From a virus (lineage: Duplodnaviria > Caudoviricetes), in the IMG/VR virus record IMGVR_UViG_3300002220_000406, positions 869 through 64,868 of that record: DNA of 64,000 bases; one strand, given 5' to 3'. Position numbers and translations under genes: made by a program. Shown here piece after piece: positions 50,366 to 60,212 of the stretch. Position 1 is the stretch's first letter. Each line of letters starts with the position of its first letter. Below the pieces are notes generated by a model. It was not told the DNA's origin, searched no databases, and saw only the letters and a list, made by a program, of their open reading frames with translations.

Positions 50366-52846
50366 TTATTCTCCCGATCCTTCATCCATAAACATCTGCT
50401 GCAGTATCATGTCTTCCAATTCTTGCTCACGTTGCTGCGTTGAGGCTGCCGTGTCATATTCTTCTTGCGCATCAGCGTCTTCCGCCTGAAAACCGCGCTC
50501 CATTAGCCTGTCAGATACCTGAGCCTCCCTGTCCTCGTCTCTCCGGCGGTCGACTCTTTCCTCGTCTTCTTGTTTGGCCTCGTCTTCCATTTGAGCCGCC
50601 ATTGCCGCCTGCTCCATAGCTTCGGCTTGCTGCTGCTCCTCCATGTCTTGCATCGGGGCTTGGGCCATCATCTGCATTGCCATTTGTTTTTGTGCGAAAG
50701 CGACCTGGGCCCCTTCGTGCGCTTCGATCATCATCTTAAGACAAGCGACGTACAGCTGGTCTGGCATGTCCGCCTGGCCCTCATTCATCAACTGCTCCTG
50801 AAGCCATCTGATAGCCTCGTCATGGTTTTCTCGCTCAAACGGATGTAGCGCTGGGTTACTGCCCATCATTTGCTGGACCACCTGCTGCAACATCATGGGG
50901 TCAGTGACTTCGGCTTGAAGCCCCTCAATCATTTGGCGGACTTTGTCAATACGCGAGGCTGTGAGGTGCATTTGCTCCTCGCTGTCGTGTATGTCGACAT
51001 TGACGTCGGTGATCTGCCTGATCTGCATCAAAATGTCCGTAACCAACTTGCTATTGGCTAAAGACGGGTCAAGCTGCGCAAGCATCATCAAATCTTGCGA
51101 AAACTGTCTGAGCGACATTTCTCTCTCGATAAGCGAGCGCGGGACTTGCGAGCCTGGTGCGTATTGAATGACCAGGTCCGTTTCAAGATTGGCCTCGATA
51201 AACGCTTTGATATACTCCTCGGTCCAGTCTGGATTGAGTTTAAGTAAAAACATGAACTCTTCTTCAGTCCATTTTTGCTGTGCTTCAACCAGCTGCTTCT
51301 TGACCCACCGCTCCTTTGCCCTTGCAAGCGATGCTGACACAGCCGACAGCTGCGCCATGGATTGGTTTTTGGCAAGCAACTGCCCCGAGAATGTCGTGTA
51401 TCCCTGCTGGGAGGCATCCGCACCAACCATTGCAGGCTGCACGCCGCCTATATCGCCTTTGAGCTGCATCACTGTGTTGATAAGCTGCATTGGCTCTGCG
51501 GACAGCGGCACTGCGGGTATGATCCCGAACTGCTGCCCAATGGGCATGTCCGAGAAAAAACCTTCTCTCGTCGGGGCTATGTCTTTTTCAAGGTCCTCGC
51601 CGTCAAACGCCTCTGAGTTGTAGACCAGTGTCGTCCTGGCGTTTCTGCGTGTGTGAAATACTTGCAAGGTCAGCATGTAGTTAACGATGTCTTGCAACGG
51701 AAGCATTTCCGTGAGAAACAATCCCCAAAATGAGGATGGGTTTGCCAGGAAAGAGATGTACAGAAACTCTTGGTCAAAGGAACGAAACTCGCACGGGAAA
51801 ACTTCGACGATCCTGGAGTCTACCGTTCTAAAGCAAATAACATTGTTGGGGTCTATGGGTTGGCCCTGGTAACTGGCCTCCAAAAGACTTTCCTCCGCCT
51901 CAAACTCTCCAAGTTTAAACGGCGCGGTCAGGTCAAGGTGGCTGAACATCTTTGGAGTAAGGTACAGATCTCTGACCTCGCACCAGTCGTCAACCGTTCT
52001 GTCCGAGAAGGCTACCCCATCGTAGTCCCGGCCTGTCTGCAGCGCTAACTGCCACTTGATTGGGTACGAAAGTTCTCCATTGTCGCTACCGCCCACTTGC
52101 CAGCTAGGCGTAAGGTAATGATGTTCAAGCCATCTGGCATTCTCAAGTCGCCCGCCCTGCGTGTTCAGATCGTCGATTCTTACTTCTGCCCATGAGATAA
52201 AATCCGTGACTGTGTTGCCCGGATTAATCTCCTTCACATCAGAGACTTCGTCGATCTCAGTACCTTCTTCTTCGACGGCCTCTGCTTCTGCCCCGCAGTT
52301 CTCGCATTGAGCCGAGTTAGACTCAAAGCCGCATGCCGGACATAAAAACTTACCGATCTTAAACTCAGACTGCTGCCATTCAACGACATTGGCCCTGAGG
52401 GGGTTGTATGCCTGCGGGTCATGCCTGACTCGAAGAAAACATCCCGGAGCAACCTGGACCTCGTTGGCGATCAGTTCAAGAAGCGCTTCAGACCATTGTT
52501 CGTCCAACTTTAAGTCTCTAATGGCCTTGGCCACGTCTGCGGCCATCTGCGTTTCTGAGTCTTTTGTGAATCTGGGCTCGATGTCTACCTTGGTGTTTGC
52601 GGACACTATTGCCGCGGTATTGGCCCTCACCGTCGGCTTGATGATGTTCATCGAGTAGAAGTTACGCTTGGGGATGTTGGTCCAATAGCCATCCTTAAAC
52701 GAATCGAGGGCATCGGACAGTGTCATGTCTCTATACCTTCTCTTCATCGTCACAGAATTAGCGGTCAGAGTTGCCTCTGCCCGCTCGTTCTGGTCTTTAA
52801 TGCGCTGAAGAAGATCGGCTATATACCGCTCTATTGTTATTTTCAT
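50366..52846 (-). CDS. portal protein (P22-like) with zinc-ribbon insertion
   Basis: 826 aa; MNIIKPTV, G.CFLRV..DP, LQDIVNYML..., V.GVQPAMVG, and a long Q/M/E-rich helical C-terminal barrel; CPACG...CENCG insertion. Confidence 0.8.
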   Translation of the reverse strand: MKITIERYIADLLQRIKDQNERAEATLTANSVTMKRRYRDMTLSDALDSFKDGYWTNIPKRNFYSMNIIKPTVRANTAAIVSANTKVDIEPRFTKDSETQMAADVAKAIRDLKLDEQWSEALLELIANEVQVAPGCFLRVRHDPQAYNPLRANVVEWQQSEFKIGKFLCPACGFESNSAQCENCGAEAEAVEEEGTEIDEVSDVKEINPGNTVTDFISWAEVRIDDLNTQGGRLENARWLEHHYLTPSWQVGGSDNGELSYPIKWQLALQTGRDYDGVAFSDRTVDDWCEVRDLYLTPKMFSHLDLTAPFKLGEFEAEESLLEASYQGQPIDPNNVICFRTVDSRIVEVFPCEFRSFDQEFLYISFLANPSSFWGLFLTEMLPLQDIVNYMLTLQVFHTRRNARTTLVYNSEAFDGEDLEKDIAPTREGFFSDMPIGQQFGIIPAVPLSAEPMQLINTVMQLKGDIGGVQPAMVGADASQQGYTTFSGQLLAKNQSMAQLSAVSASLARAKERWVKKQLVEAQQKWTEEEFMFLLKLNPDWTEEYIKAFIEANLETDLVIQYAPGSQVPRSLIEREMSLRQFSQDLMMLAQLDPSLANSKLVTDILMQIRQITDVNVDIHDSEEQMHLTASRIDKVRQMIEGLQAEVTDPMMLQQVVQQMMGSNPALHPFERENHDEAIRWLQEQLMNEGQADMPDQLYVACLKMMIEAHEGAQVAFAQKQMAMQMMAQAPMQDMEEQQQAEAMEQAAMAAQMEDEAKQEDEERVDRRRDEDREAQVSDRLMERGFQAEDADAQEEYDTAASTQQREQELEDMILQQMFMDEGSGE

Positions 52847-53349
52847 TATTGCTTCATTCCGAGCGTAAGAATCTTACCTATGCCATCCATTACAGTGTCA
52901 AACTTGCCCTTTGGCGGTTTAAATGCGTTGTAGGTCTGAGCTCCGCTCAAATAGCCTTGCATGACGTTGGCCATTTTGTTCTGGTTGTAAGTCTGCTGGC
53001 CAGTAAGCCTATTCCAGTTCGCATCCTTTTGCCGGGCTACGGTCTCCTCTCCCTTAAACCCGTAGTCCCTAGTCAGCTCCTGCGCTCCAAGGTTGCTAGC
53101 CATGGTGTTGGCAAGCTGCATGCCTGCCCCTCTAAGGCCTGCTTGCGGCTTCATGTTGGCCTCATACATCCTTTTCCAATTGGCAAAAGGTCCTAGATTT
53201 TGGGACATCATTTCGCCGGGAGTGCGTGCAAGGTCTGTTTTGAGCATGTCGCCCGCCATGGTGTCCCATTCGCTAGGTTGGGCCATCTTCTGCATGGTTT
53301 TCTGGAACTGGTCCATCATGCTGTAGAAGCTCTTAGTTCGTTGTCCCAT
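52846..53349 (-). CDS. small putative ejection/pilot protein (167 aa)
   Basis: M/Q/G-rich helical; amphipathic C-terminus (FDTVMDGIGKILTLG); coupled to the portal gene. Confidence 0.5.
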   Translation of the reverse strand: MGQRTKSFYSMMDQFQKTMQKMAQPSEWDTMAGDMLKTDLARTPGEMMSQNLGPFANWKRMYEANMKPQAGLRGAGMQLANTMASNLGAQELTRDYGFKGEETVARQKDANWNRLTGQQTYNQNKMANVMQGYLSGAQTYNAFKPPKGKFDTVMDGIGKILTLGMKQ

Positions 53350-53399
53350 ACAATATAATCCTCAATTATAAAATACCACAGAATCATTAAAAAAGCTAA

Positions 53400-55373
53400 T
53401 TAACCTTCGACTGGAGGCCTTGAAGGTCTGGGCGCGATTTTGTTGTGCGATACGATCCCGCCCCAGTGCCTGCATACGCCTTTTTCCCATTTGCCACAAA
53501 TAAAGCGCTTGTCCGGAGTCAGCTCAATACCCACCACCGGGCCTATCCCGATTCGTGTCTTTTTAGCAATGGGACTGAGCTCGTTTTCTCCGTCTATGCA
53601 CGTAAGGACAAAGTCTCCGACAAGCAGCCCATTGAGATGGGTGCCGTCTTCGTCGTCCTCGTGCGTGATGAATTTGTGCGTGGAGGAGACTTCTGCTGAA
53701 AACCCGTTGGCAGTCTCGACCTTCCAAATCTCGCGGTCATACCATGTGGCCTTTTGAACCATCGTGATCCGACTGTTATGCGTAAGCAGGAGATGCCCCT
53801 CCTCCAGGTCCTCCACGGCGATCTGGAAGATAGCCCCCATGCCGTCTGTGGATATAACCATCTCATCGTAAGCCACACAGGTCGTGATTGGCCCGCCATC
53901 GTCGCCGTCGTCGGTGCTTCCTCCGGTGTTGCTGACATTGCCTCGGTTTTGACTCGTTGGGCGCGATCTCCATTGCCCGCGTTCCTCTGCAAGGTCTTCA
54001 GGGTGGAAAGCCCCCGTGAGTGCGGTCCTGACGTCAGCGTAACCCGCGTATGCCAGGTCAATGAGCAGGTTGTTAGGCGTTGCGGCATCTTTGATGGTCA
54101 TCGTAACTGGCACCCCGGTATTTTGGGGATCATCCCACGTGCCCCCTACCTCGTCTAGCACAATGTAGGGTCGAGGATCTCCCTCAAAGTAAATGACACT
54201 TGTTATCTCAGCCTCTGCAGTTTGATCGTAGCCAGTCACGACTCCTATCTTGCCAATCCAATCTTCGTTAAAACCGCCCTCAGTCACGACATAGGCCGAC
54301 GTGTCGTAGTTCGCGATGACAGGCAGTCGGATGTCTAGCCCTGTTCTACCAGGATCGGAGTCTTGCAGGAACAAGCGAAACCACTGCGTAGGGTTCTTAG
54401 CCATGGACGCAGGGCTGAAGTTCTCTGGGATGTTCACCGCCAAGGGCACTACCGTCCACGGCTGCCCAACGGTCGCGATATTGACCAAGGCCCCAGGGAT
54501 TGTTTTAGACAGCGCCTTTTCACCGATAAACTCAATCGAGGGGTAGGGGAAAGGATCGCTCTCCAGGAACGAGTCGTTGTCTACGTAATAGTTGTTATTT
54601 CGCTCAGTGCGGAAAAGCAGCTGAATCTTCCGGATCTCCACATCTCCGCTCCACCCCGCCGTGGGGGTGATGGGCTGGTTGGAACTGTCTAGCAGTGTAA
54701 AGGTGTCATCGCTTTCCGCTTCTATTTTATAAGGCGTATTTGCGGTCAGGTTGCCCGGTAAGGCCGCTCCTTCATCCGGCACTAAAACCACCCAATCCCT
54801 GCTTTCTAACATGTGCTCTGTGACCGTAAAGACTGATCCCGTAATATCTTCTATTAAGCCTGCGACCGTAAACCTGTATATGTCATATCCCGTCACGCCC
54901 AAACGCGCAGCCCTTGGCCATGTCAAAGTCACCCTGGCCCCGTTCTGAAAGTCTTCTTCTGAGGGGGCATTGGTGACAGGTGTTATTTCTGAGGAGGATG
55001 CGTACCCCCTGTTGGTTGACGTGACGATCTGGTAATACCTTGTCGCGGGGGTTAATACCTCGCCTGATATAGTGCTGCTGACAGCGGTCGAGCCTTTTAA
55101 CCAATCCCACTGCCCATTCTGCTCTCCGTAAAAGCCGCAATAAAAAGAAGTCGTCTCAGGGACGTAGGCATCGGGATCTTCCAGCACGCAGCGAAAGACC
55201 ACGAAGATCGTGGCCCCCGGGATTACGCCCTGGCTTGTAAGCGGCTGGTCAAGAGACGAGCCGTAATTCATTCTAACGGCGGAGTTGGAGATGTCCCACC
55301 AGCACTTGGTGTTGTCCCAGTCGGTATGCTTGGAGTCTGGGCTCTCGTAACCCTTCAGTGTTGTGTTGCTCAT
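53400..55373 (-). CDS. tail-associated protein with C-terminal Hint (intein-like) domain
   Basis: Hint begins C499 (CVAYD), has block B ..SSTHKF and ends SHN, followed by a 13-aa tail starting with K. Confidence 0.8.
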   Translation of the reverse strand: MSNTTLKGYESPDSKHTDWDNTKCWWDISNSAVRMNYGSSLDQPLTSQGVIPGATIFVVFRCVLEDPDAYVPETTSFYCGFYGEQNGQWDWLKGSTAVSSTISGEVLTPATRYYQIVTSTNRGYASSSEITPVTNAPSEEDFQNGARVTLTWPRAARLGVTGYDIYRFTVAGLIEDITGSVFTVTEHMLESRDWVVLVPDEGAALPGNLTANTPYKIEAESDDTFTLLDSSNQPITPTAGWSGDVEIRKIQLLFRTERNNNYYVDNDSFLESDPFPYPSIEFIGEKALSKTIPGALVNIATVGQPWTVVPLAVNIPENFSPASMAKNPTQWFRLFLQDSDPGRTGLDIRLPVIANYDTSAYVVTEGGFNEDWIGKIGVVTGYDQTAEAEITSVIYFEGDPRPYIVLDEVGGTWDDPQNTGVPVTMTIKDAATPNNLLIDLAYAGYADVRTALTGAFHPEDLAEERGQWRSRPTSQNRGNVSNTGGSTDDGDDGGPITTCVAYDEMVISTDGMGAIFQIAVEDLEEGHLLLTHNSRITMVQKATWYDREIWKVETANGFSAEVSSTHKFITHEDDEDGTHLNGLLVGDFVLTCIDGENELSPIAKKTRIGIGPVVGIELTPDKRFICGKWEKGVCRHWGGIVSHNKIAPRPSRPPVEG

Positions 55374-55687
55374 ACTTCAAAAGATGTCGATTCGACAACA
55401 AATCCGTCTTCCGCAGCAGCTTTAAAGTCCCCTACGCCCGCGTAACGAAACTTCCAATTACCTGCTTGGTCGATATAAATGTCTGTCTGATAGTGCCCGA
55501 GTGCCAGTCTGACCAGTTGCGCATCGGTGCCATATGTGTAATCTGTCTGAACCCCTGCCGGATCTATGACCTGGCACTTGACCGCAATGGTTGTCTGGTC
55601 TGTGTCGTAAGGGTCATAAAGCGTCCCTGCTGCGTCATAGAAAAAAGCCTCGGTTCTGACGGTGTCGCCAACTTGATATCCTCTCAT
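55370..55687 (-). CDS. BppU-N-like Ig-fold virion protein (105 aa)
   Basis: VGDTVR...FYDAAGTLYDP...DPAG...GHY..DI..DQAG.W.FR pattern. Confidence 0.6.
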   Translation of the reverse strand: MRGYQVGDTVRTEAFFYDAAGTLYDPYDTDQTTIAVKCQVIDPAGVQTDYTYGTDAQLVRLALGHYQTDIYIDQAGNWKFRYAGVGDFKAAAEDGFVVESTSFEV

Positions 55688-55690
55688 AGT

Positions 55691-57241
55691 CTACTCCAAA
55701 ATATAGTTTCTAACGGTTGTGATGCAAAGTGGTTTGTGCGTAACGGTGACGGCTGAACCTGCCTCATGGGACAGCTCTACCTTCCATGGGCAGCTGTGGC
55801 CGATGCTTATATCGGCTAGAATGCCCCTGCTCCATACAAGCAGAGCATTGCGTCCGGTAACCACATACGGAGTGACTGTGGTCGGAAACCTGTAAGCTCG
55901 CTGAAACTCAGCATCAAAGCCGGTCAGCGTGAAAGACTCCGTGTTGGTTTCAAATATTCGAGTGACCAGAAAACCCGTGTCAAGGCCAGTCGTCAGGTAT
56001 ACTCCTAACTCAGCGGTCAGAGAAAAGGACCTGCTCAGTTCCGCGTCAACGCCCTGAAGAGCGAAAGAGCCAACTTCAACCGTCTCTCTCCTGCCAAAAG
56101 ACAGTCCGCTTTCAAGACCTGTCACGTTGTACGAGGTCAAGACCGTCACGACGCGCTTGCCTGCCAATAGTCCTGTATCTAGCCCAGCAAAGGCAAAAGA
56201 AACGGTTGTCGCCGGCATCGAGAATGCGGCAAAATTCGTGATCTCAAATTGATCCGCATCGAGCGAAACTGGAGCCGACAAGATGATTTGGGTGCCTGTA
56301 TGCGTAAAAGCCCCCCTCTCGGCTAACACCCGGCGATTTGCAAGGACGTTAGCCGTAACCCCTGACAATGCAAAAGTTGAGGTCTCAGCAAGTGCCGAGA
56401 AAGTCTTTCTCAGCGAGTTGTTTACCCCCGTCACCGTGTACGTGCCTGATCCGGGAAAAATCGTCCAGGCCCGCTTTAAATCGTTATTAAGCCCTGTGAA
56501 TACGATCGACCCCGTGTCCGCTGTTAATCGCCTGTTAAATAAGGTATTAGCGCCTTGCCCCGCTACGGCGTACGCAACGGTGTCAGCAGGAAAGATTCGC
56601 GAATACACAAGCCCGGTTGCAATACCGTTGAGAACAAATGTGCCAACGTTAAACAAATCGCCAAAGCCCTTTACGAAGTTTGCATCAATGCCTAACAGCG
56701 TATAGCTACTGGCATCGGCTGTAAGCGTGGTCGCTATAGTGTAGTAGACCGTGATCTCGATGTAGTCCACGGATACCGTGCATGCAAAGCGCGCAGTGCG
56801 ATCTATTTCGTACTGAACCTGAGCCCCGAAGTTGCTGGCATTGATGTCTGTCGGTGACCAGCTCGTACCCCAAAGATTGGTCGCTCCTCCATAAGTGTAA
56901 ACTGTGGCTGTCGTTTCCAACGTCTCAAAGCTAGCAAAGTCATTGCCTGCCACCGCACCTCCCTTGACGAGCTTGACCACAGAGTCCGCAGCCGACGCGG
57001 TGGTGTTGTTACTGGCCAGCGCTTCGATTTTCAAGGCAATGCCGTCTATTGTGGCATTAGATGGGATGGAAAACCCAAAGTTTGTCCCGCGCAACGCATC
57101 GGTGACCTGTACAGCGCCGTTAAGGCCGGATTGAGTTGCGTTGGCTCCGTCATTGGCTGTCACGTTGCCCGGGTTGCCCCAAGCGTAACCCGTCAATGAT
57201 ATGCTGCTGCCGGTACCCGCAATAAAAGTCTGGCTAGCCAT
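55691..57241 (-). CDS. virion decoration / fibre protein with ~22-aa repeats
   Basis: N-terminal beta-sandwich plus about 12 repeats of type LTADxGSYTLTGxDAxL; start at 57241 (TAATG). Confidence 0.7.
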   Translation of the reverse strand: MASQTFIAGTGSSISLTGYAWGNPGNVTANDGANATQSGLNGAVQVTDALRGTNFGFSIPSNATIDGIALKIEALASNNTTASAADSVVKLVKGGAVAGNDFASFETLETTATVYTYGGATNLWGTSWSPTDINASNFGAQVQYEIDRTARFACTVSVDYIEITVYYTIATTLTADASSYTLLGIDANFVKGFGDLFNVGTFVLNGIATGLVYSRIFPADTVAYAVAGQGANTLFNRRLTADTGSIVFTGLNNDLKRAWTIFPGSGTYTVTGVNNSLRKTFSALAETSTFALSGVTANVLANRRVLAERGAFTHTGTQIILSAPVSLDADQFEITNFAAFSMPATTVSFAFAGLDTGLLAGKRVVTVLTSYNVTGLESGLSFGRRETVEVGSFALQGVDAELSRSFSLTAELGVYLTTGLDTGFLVTRIFETNTESFTLTGFDAEFQRAYRFPTTVTPYVVTGRNALLVWSRGILADISIGHSCPWKVELSHEAGSAVTVTHKPLCITTVRNYILE

Positions 57242-59640
57242 TACACTGCACCTCCCTGCCACACACGCGCGGTAATGCGGTTGTTAGCGTCAATGTATAG
57301 CGCGGAGTTAGACGGTATGGCGCCAAAAAGCGAGATCGTGCTTCCTGCGCCGGTAATGACGTCTGTCGCAATCTGATCCCAGGTTTCTGTGGATACGTTC
57401 CATAACTGGAAATAAACGGTGGACAAATTACTTGCTAAGGAGCTGGTGCCTTTCCATCTGATCTGAGTCGCGGATCCCGGAGCAATGCTGAACTGATACT
57501 GGTGAATGGCGAAATGGCCCCTGGTCTGCACTGCACTTCCGTCTAGTGCCGCCACTGCCGCTCTGTCCGCAGCGCGGTAAATGTAAGGCAAGTCTCCTTT
57601 AAAGGTGGGCAGGGTGTCGAGGCCACCAGCGCTGTAATTAGGCGGAGCAATGACCTCGGCGGCAAAACCGGTGAATATATAGCTACCAACCACGGTGCTC
57701 ATCACCTTATCCGCGTTGGAATACGTCAGGATTATGTCGTTGCCAGATATGACAAAGTCGCCATGGGAGGCAAACATCGTCAGGGCTGCTTCCTGGACTA
57801 ACACGACGTCCTGGCCAGCCAGCGTGTACGTAGCGCTGTCTGCCGTCAAACTATATATTGAGACTTTTGTCAGCGCTGCGGTCTGGCCTGTCAAGGCATA
57901 AGTCCCGGTGACCGCATTTACTCTAAGCCCGTAGATCAGCCCAGCGTCCTGTCCGGTCATTGTGTAGCTGCTCAGATCGGCTGCTAGATTGTATTCGTAA
58001 ACAAAGGTAACGTTATGCCCTGTCAGGTAAAAGGCAGCGGATTCTGCCGTAATCGTGAGGTTGAGGCCTTGGGTCACCACCGTCAGCGTCACGTCTTCGC
58101 CTGTCAATGCAAAGGCTCCTGCCTCCGCGGTCATTGTCTTGCCATACGACAACGTTGCCGTGGAAGCGTCTGAGTAGACCTCCCAATCAGCATTGATGTT
58201 GGTCTCTAATGCTGTTCGGTTTTGCCCTTGGTCGGTGTTGTAGGCGATAATTTCTTGAATGTATCCAACCCAAGGGGATAAAGTCGTAGCATTGATTCTG
58301 CCGATATGCACCTGAGTGCTTACAGTGTCCGAAGTGCGCCCTGCGGTTCGGAAATTTGTACTAGAAGCGGCTAATACTCCGTTAAGCCATAACCCTGCGG
58401 TTGCGTCTATATAGTTGAGCAATCCTGAGTAAAGGAATTGAGTGGTTCGCGGCACTGTAGCGGGGCCAACGTGTTGTGTTGTCTCGCCGTCCAGGCGTCG
58501 TCCATTTACGGACTCCCCTGCGCCTGTCCAGTGCCCTATACGAGCACGAGCTGCGTTCGTGTTAGCTAACGCCCCAAAAATTGTACGAGTGGTGCTAGTA
58601 ATGGTCGTTGACCGAGCAACGCTGAACATATGCGCATAATGCACATTGCGGAACATATTCTGGTGGCTAGAATCGCCGCTCGTGAGGTTTAAGCCTGGGA
58701 CGTAAAGGTTAGCCGTTTCGCCGCTAAACCAAATAGCAATTTTGTCGTTGCTGCGATCTATTGTGCCTGCGTTGACTATACGGGGAAAGGTAGTCTGCCC
58801 TACAGCATTCCAGCCATTAGGCCCTTGGTCGTACCACGTTGTCACCGTGCCCGTGCCTGATCCGACAAAGGTGGTCAACGCATCTTCGTCAAGAAAACCA
58901 TCCGCTCCAAAGCCGATGTCCTCTTGAGTAAAGTCTGAGTCCCTTAACACTCTGATGCAGGAGCCGCTGTAGTCGCTTCTGAGCTTGCGCAGGGAATACG
59001 CTGCCACCGCTCCTGGGTATGCGTCTAAAGCATTGACCCCTTTACCGCTGACTCCGTAATGCCCTGTCTCGGCGCTAAGATTGAAGTAGCGGAAGTCGTT
59101 GGCAATTCCTGCGAGGGTGAATGTGCCAGTGTTTGCGATTAATGGATAGTCTAGAGTGTAATCCACTTCCATTTGTATGGAAGTAATCGACACCGCGGGG
59201 TTAGCATCGGTGGAGACGAGACCAAACCCCGTAAGCCCGTTACTGCCTGCGCCGTTAATGTCATCTGCCGTCCAAGCTACACCCGTGCGCGGATTGGTCG
59301 TAAACGTATCCGTGCGTAACGTTGTAGTTGTGCCAGGGTTGTGCGTTGAGGCGCTGTAGTCGGCACCGCCTATTTGCAGTGCAGCGGCAACGTTATTAGG
59401 ACCGTTGGAAGCTTCTCTATCGTAATAAAGAATCTTGACTGAGGTGATGGTTGCAATCGAAGGAAGCGATATGGTGCCATACCCGAACAAAATCCGCCCC
59501 GCCGTTGTGCCGTGGGTCAGCTGATCGCCAGTACTTGTAGACGGATAATCGTCAACAAGTTCCCACCTGCTGCCTGCGGTTCCGGACCAGTCGCCGGTCG
59601 CGGATATGTCGGATGTCGGGTTGCGGGTAAGTATCGCCAT
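57241..59640 (-). CDS. virion fibre protein with LamG/AbfB-like lectin module and ~22-aa repeats
   Basis: AAYSLRKLRSDYSG..IRV..DS...DIGF...LD...WYDQ motif; same repeat family as the downstream gene. Confidence 0.75.
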   Translation of the reverse strand: MAILTRNPTSDISATGDWSGTAGSRWELVDDYPSTSTGDQLTHGTTAGRILFGYGTISLPSIATITSVKILYYDREASNGPNNVAAALQIGGADYSASTHNPGTTTTLRTDTFTTNPRTGVAWTADDINGAGSNGLTGFGLVSTDANPAVSITSIQMEVDYTLDYPLIANTGTFTLAGIANDFRYFNLSAETGHYGVSGKGVNALDAYPGAVAAYSLRKLRSDYSGSCIRVLRDSDFTQEDIGFGADGFLDEDALTTFVGSGTGTVTTWYDQGPNGWNAVGQTTFPRIVNAGTIDRSNDKIAIWFSGETANLYVPGLNLTSGDSSHQNMFRNVHYAHMFSVARSTTITSTTRTIFGALANTNAARARIGHWTGAGESVNGRRLDGETTQHVGPATVPRTTQFLYSGLLNYIDATAGLWLNGVLAASSTNFRTAGRTSDTVSTQVHIGRINATTLSPWVGYIQEIIAYNTDQGQNRTALETNINADWEVYSDASTATLSYGKTMTAEAGAFALTGEDVTLTVVTQGLNLTITAESAAFYLTGHNVTFVYEYNLAADLSSYTMTGQDAGLIYGLRVNAVTGTYALTGQTAALTKVSIYSLTADSATYTLAGQDVVLVQEAALTMFASHGDFVISGNDIILTYSNADKVMSTVVGSYIFTGFAAEVIAPPNYSAGGLDTLPTFKGDLPYIYRAADRAAVAALDGSAVQTRGHFAIHQYQFSIAPGSATQIRWKGTSSLASNLSTVYFQLWNVSTETWDQIATDVITGAGSTISLFGAIPSNSALYIDANNRITARVWQGGAV

Positions 59641-59647
59641 TCTTAGT

Positions 59648-59679
59648 AAAAAGGGTCCGTGCCATAAGCTACGGACCCT
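59648..59679 (-). terminator. rho-independent terminator
   Basis: GGGTCCGT-10 nt loop-ACGGACCC with TTTTT on the minus strand, after the 139-aa gene. Confidence 0.75.
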
Positions 59680-59714
59680 GCACGTCTACTTCACAAAAAG
59701 GTTAACGACCCATG

Positions 59715-60134
59715 CTAGGCTATGGTAAGCACTCCGTTGGCGCCGTCAAAGTCGATCGTGAAAGTTTCGTTGTTAGCCAGTGTGACCTCTGACCCGTAGT
59801 CGTACCAGCCAATAAGCTGGTCACTGGCTGCGGTGTCATTGTAAAGCACCACGTATCTGAATGGCCCGACTGAACCGGTGGCGGTCAGGGTCAAGTCAGC
59901 GCATACAAGTTTGTACGTTCCGCTGCTCTGTACCGATGATGTCGTTGATACGTTAAATGGCGTTGCGCCGCTTAAGTTGGTAGTAGCCAGGGGCGAGGTC
60001 AGCTGTGAGTAAGTGCCAAGTCCTGCGGTCGGAACCGTATTGGTCAATGCAATTTTGAGCTGGTCGCTGCCAAAATTGTGCACTTCTTTTGTAAGGTCCT
60101 CGACAAAAGGTTGAAATTTATTAAATGTAGCCAT
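59715..60134 (-). CDS. abundant small virion protein (139 aa; decoration/fibre-like)
   Basis: MATFNKF...DQLKIALTN...GPFRYVVLYNDT...LIGWYDYG..VTL...ETFTIDFD; own promoter and terminator suggest high copy number. Confidence 0.7.
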   Translation of the reverse strand: MATFNKFQPFVEDLTKEVHNFGSDQLKIALTNTVPTAGLGTYSQLTSPLATTNLSGATPFNVSTTSSVQSSGTYKLVCADLTLTATGSVGPFRYVVLYNDTAASDQLIGWYDYGSEVTLANNETFTIDFDGANGVLTIA

Positions 60135-60181
60135 GTTTTGTTCTCCGGAGATAGTCTATAAGCAAAAGTTATTGCCCAAGC

Positions 60182-60210
60182 ATAATACCTTATTTTAAGT
60201 TATATTTCAA
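60182..60210 (-). promoter_or_regulatory. sigma70-type promoter
   Basis: TTGAAA, 17 bp, TATTAT on the minus strand, upstream of the 139-aa gene. Confidence 0.65.
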
Positions 60211-60212
60211 CC

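Noticed and set aside
53442-53879. Canonical splicing intein with homing endonuclease
   Set aside because: No LAGLIDADG or HNH insert, and the residue after HN is Lys, not Cys/Ser/Thr; treated as a BIL-type Hint domain instead.
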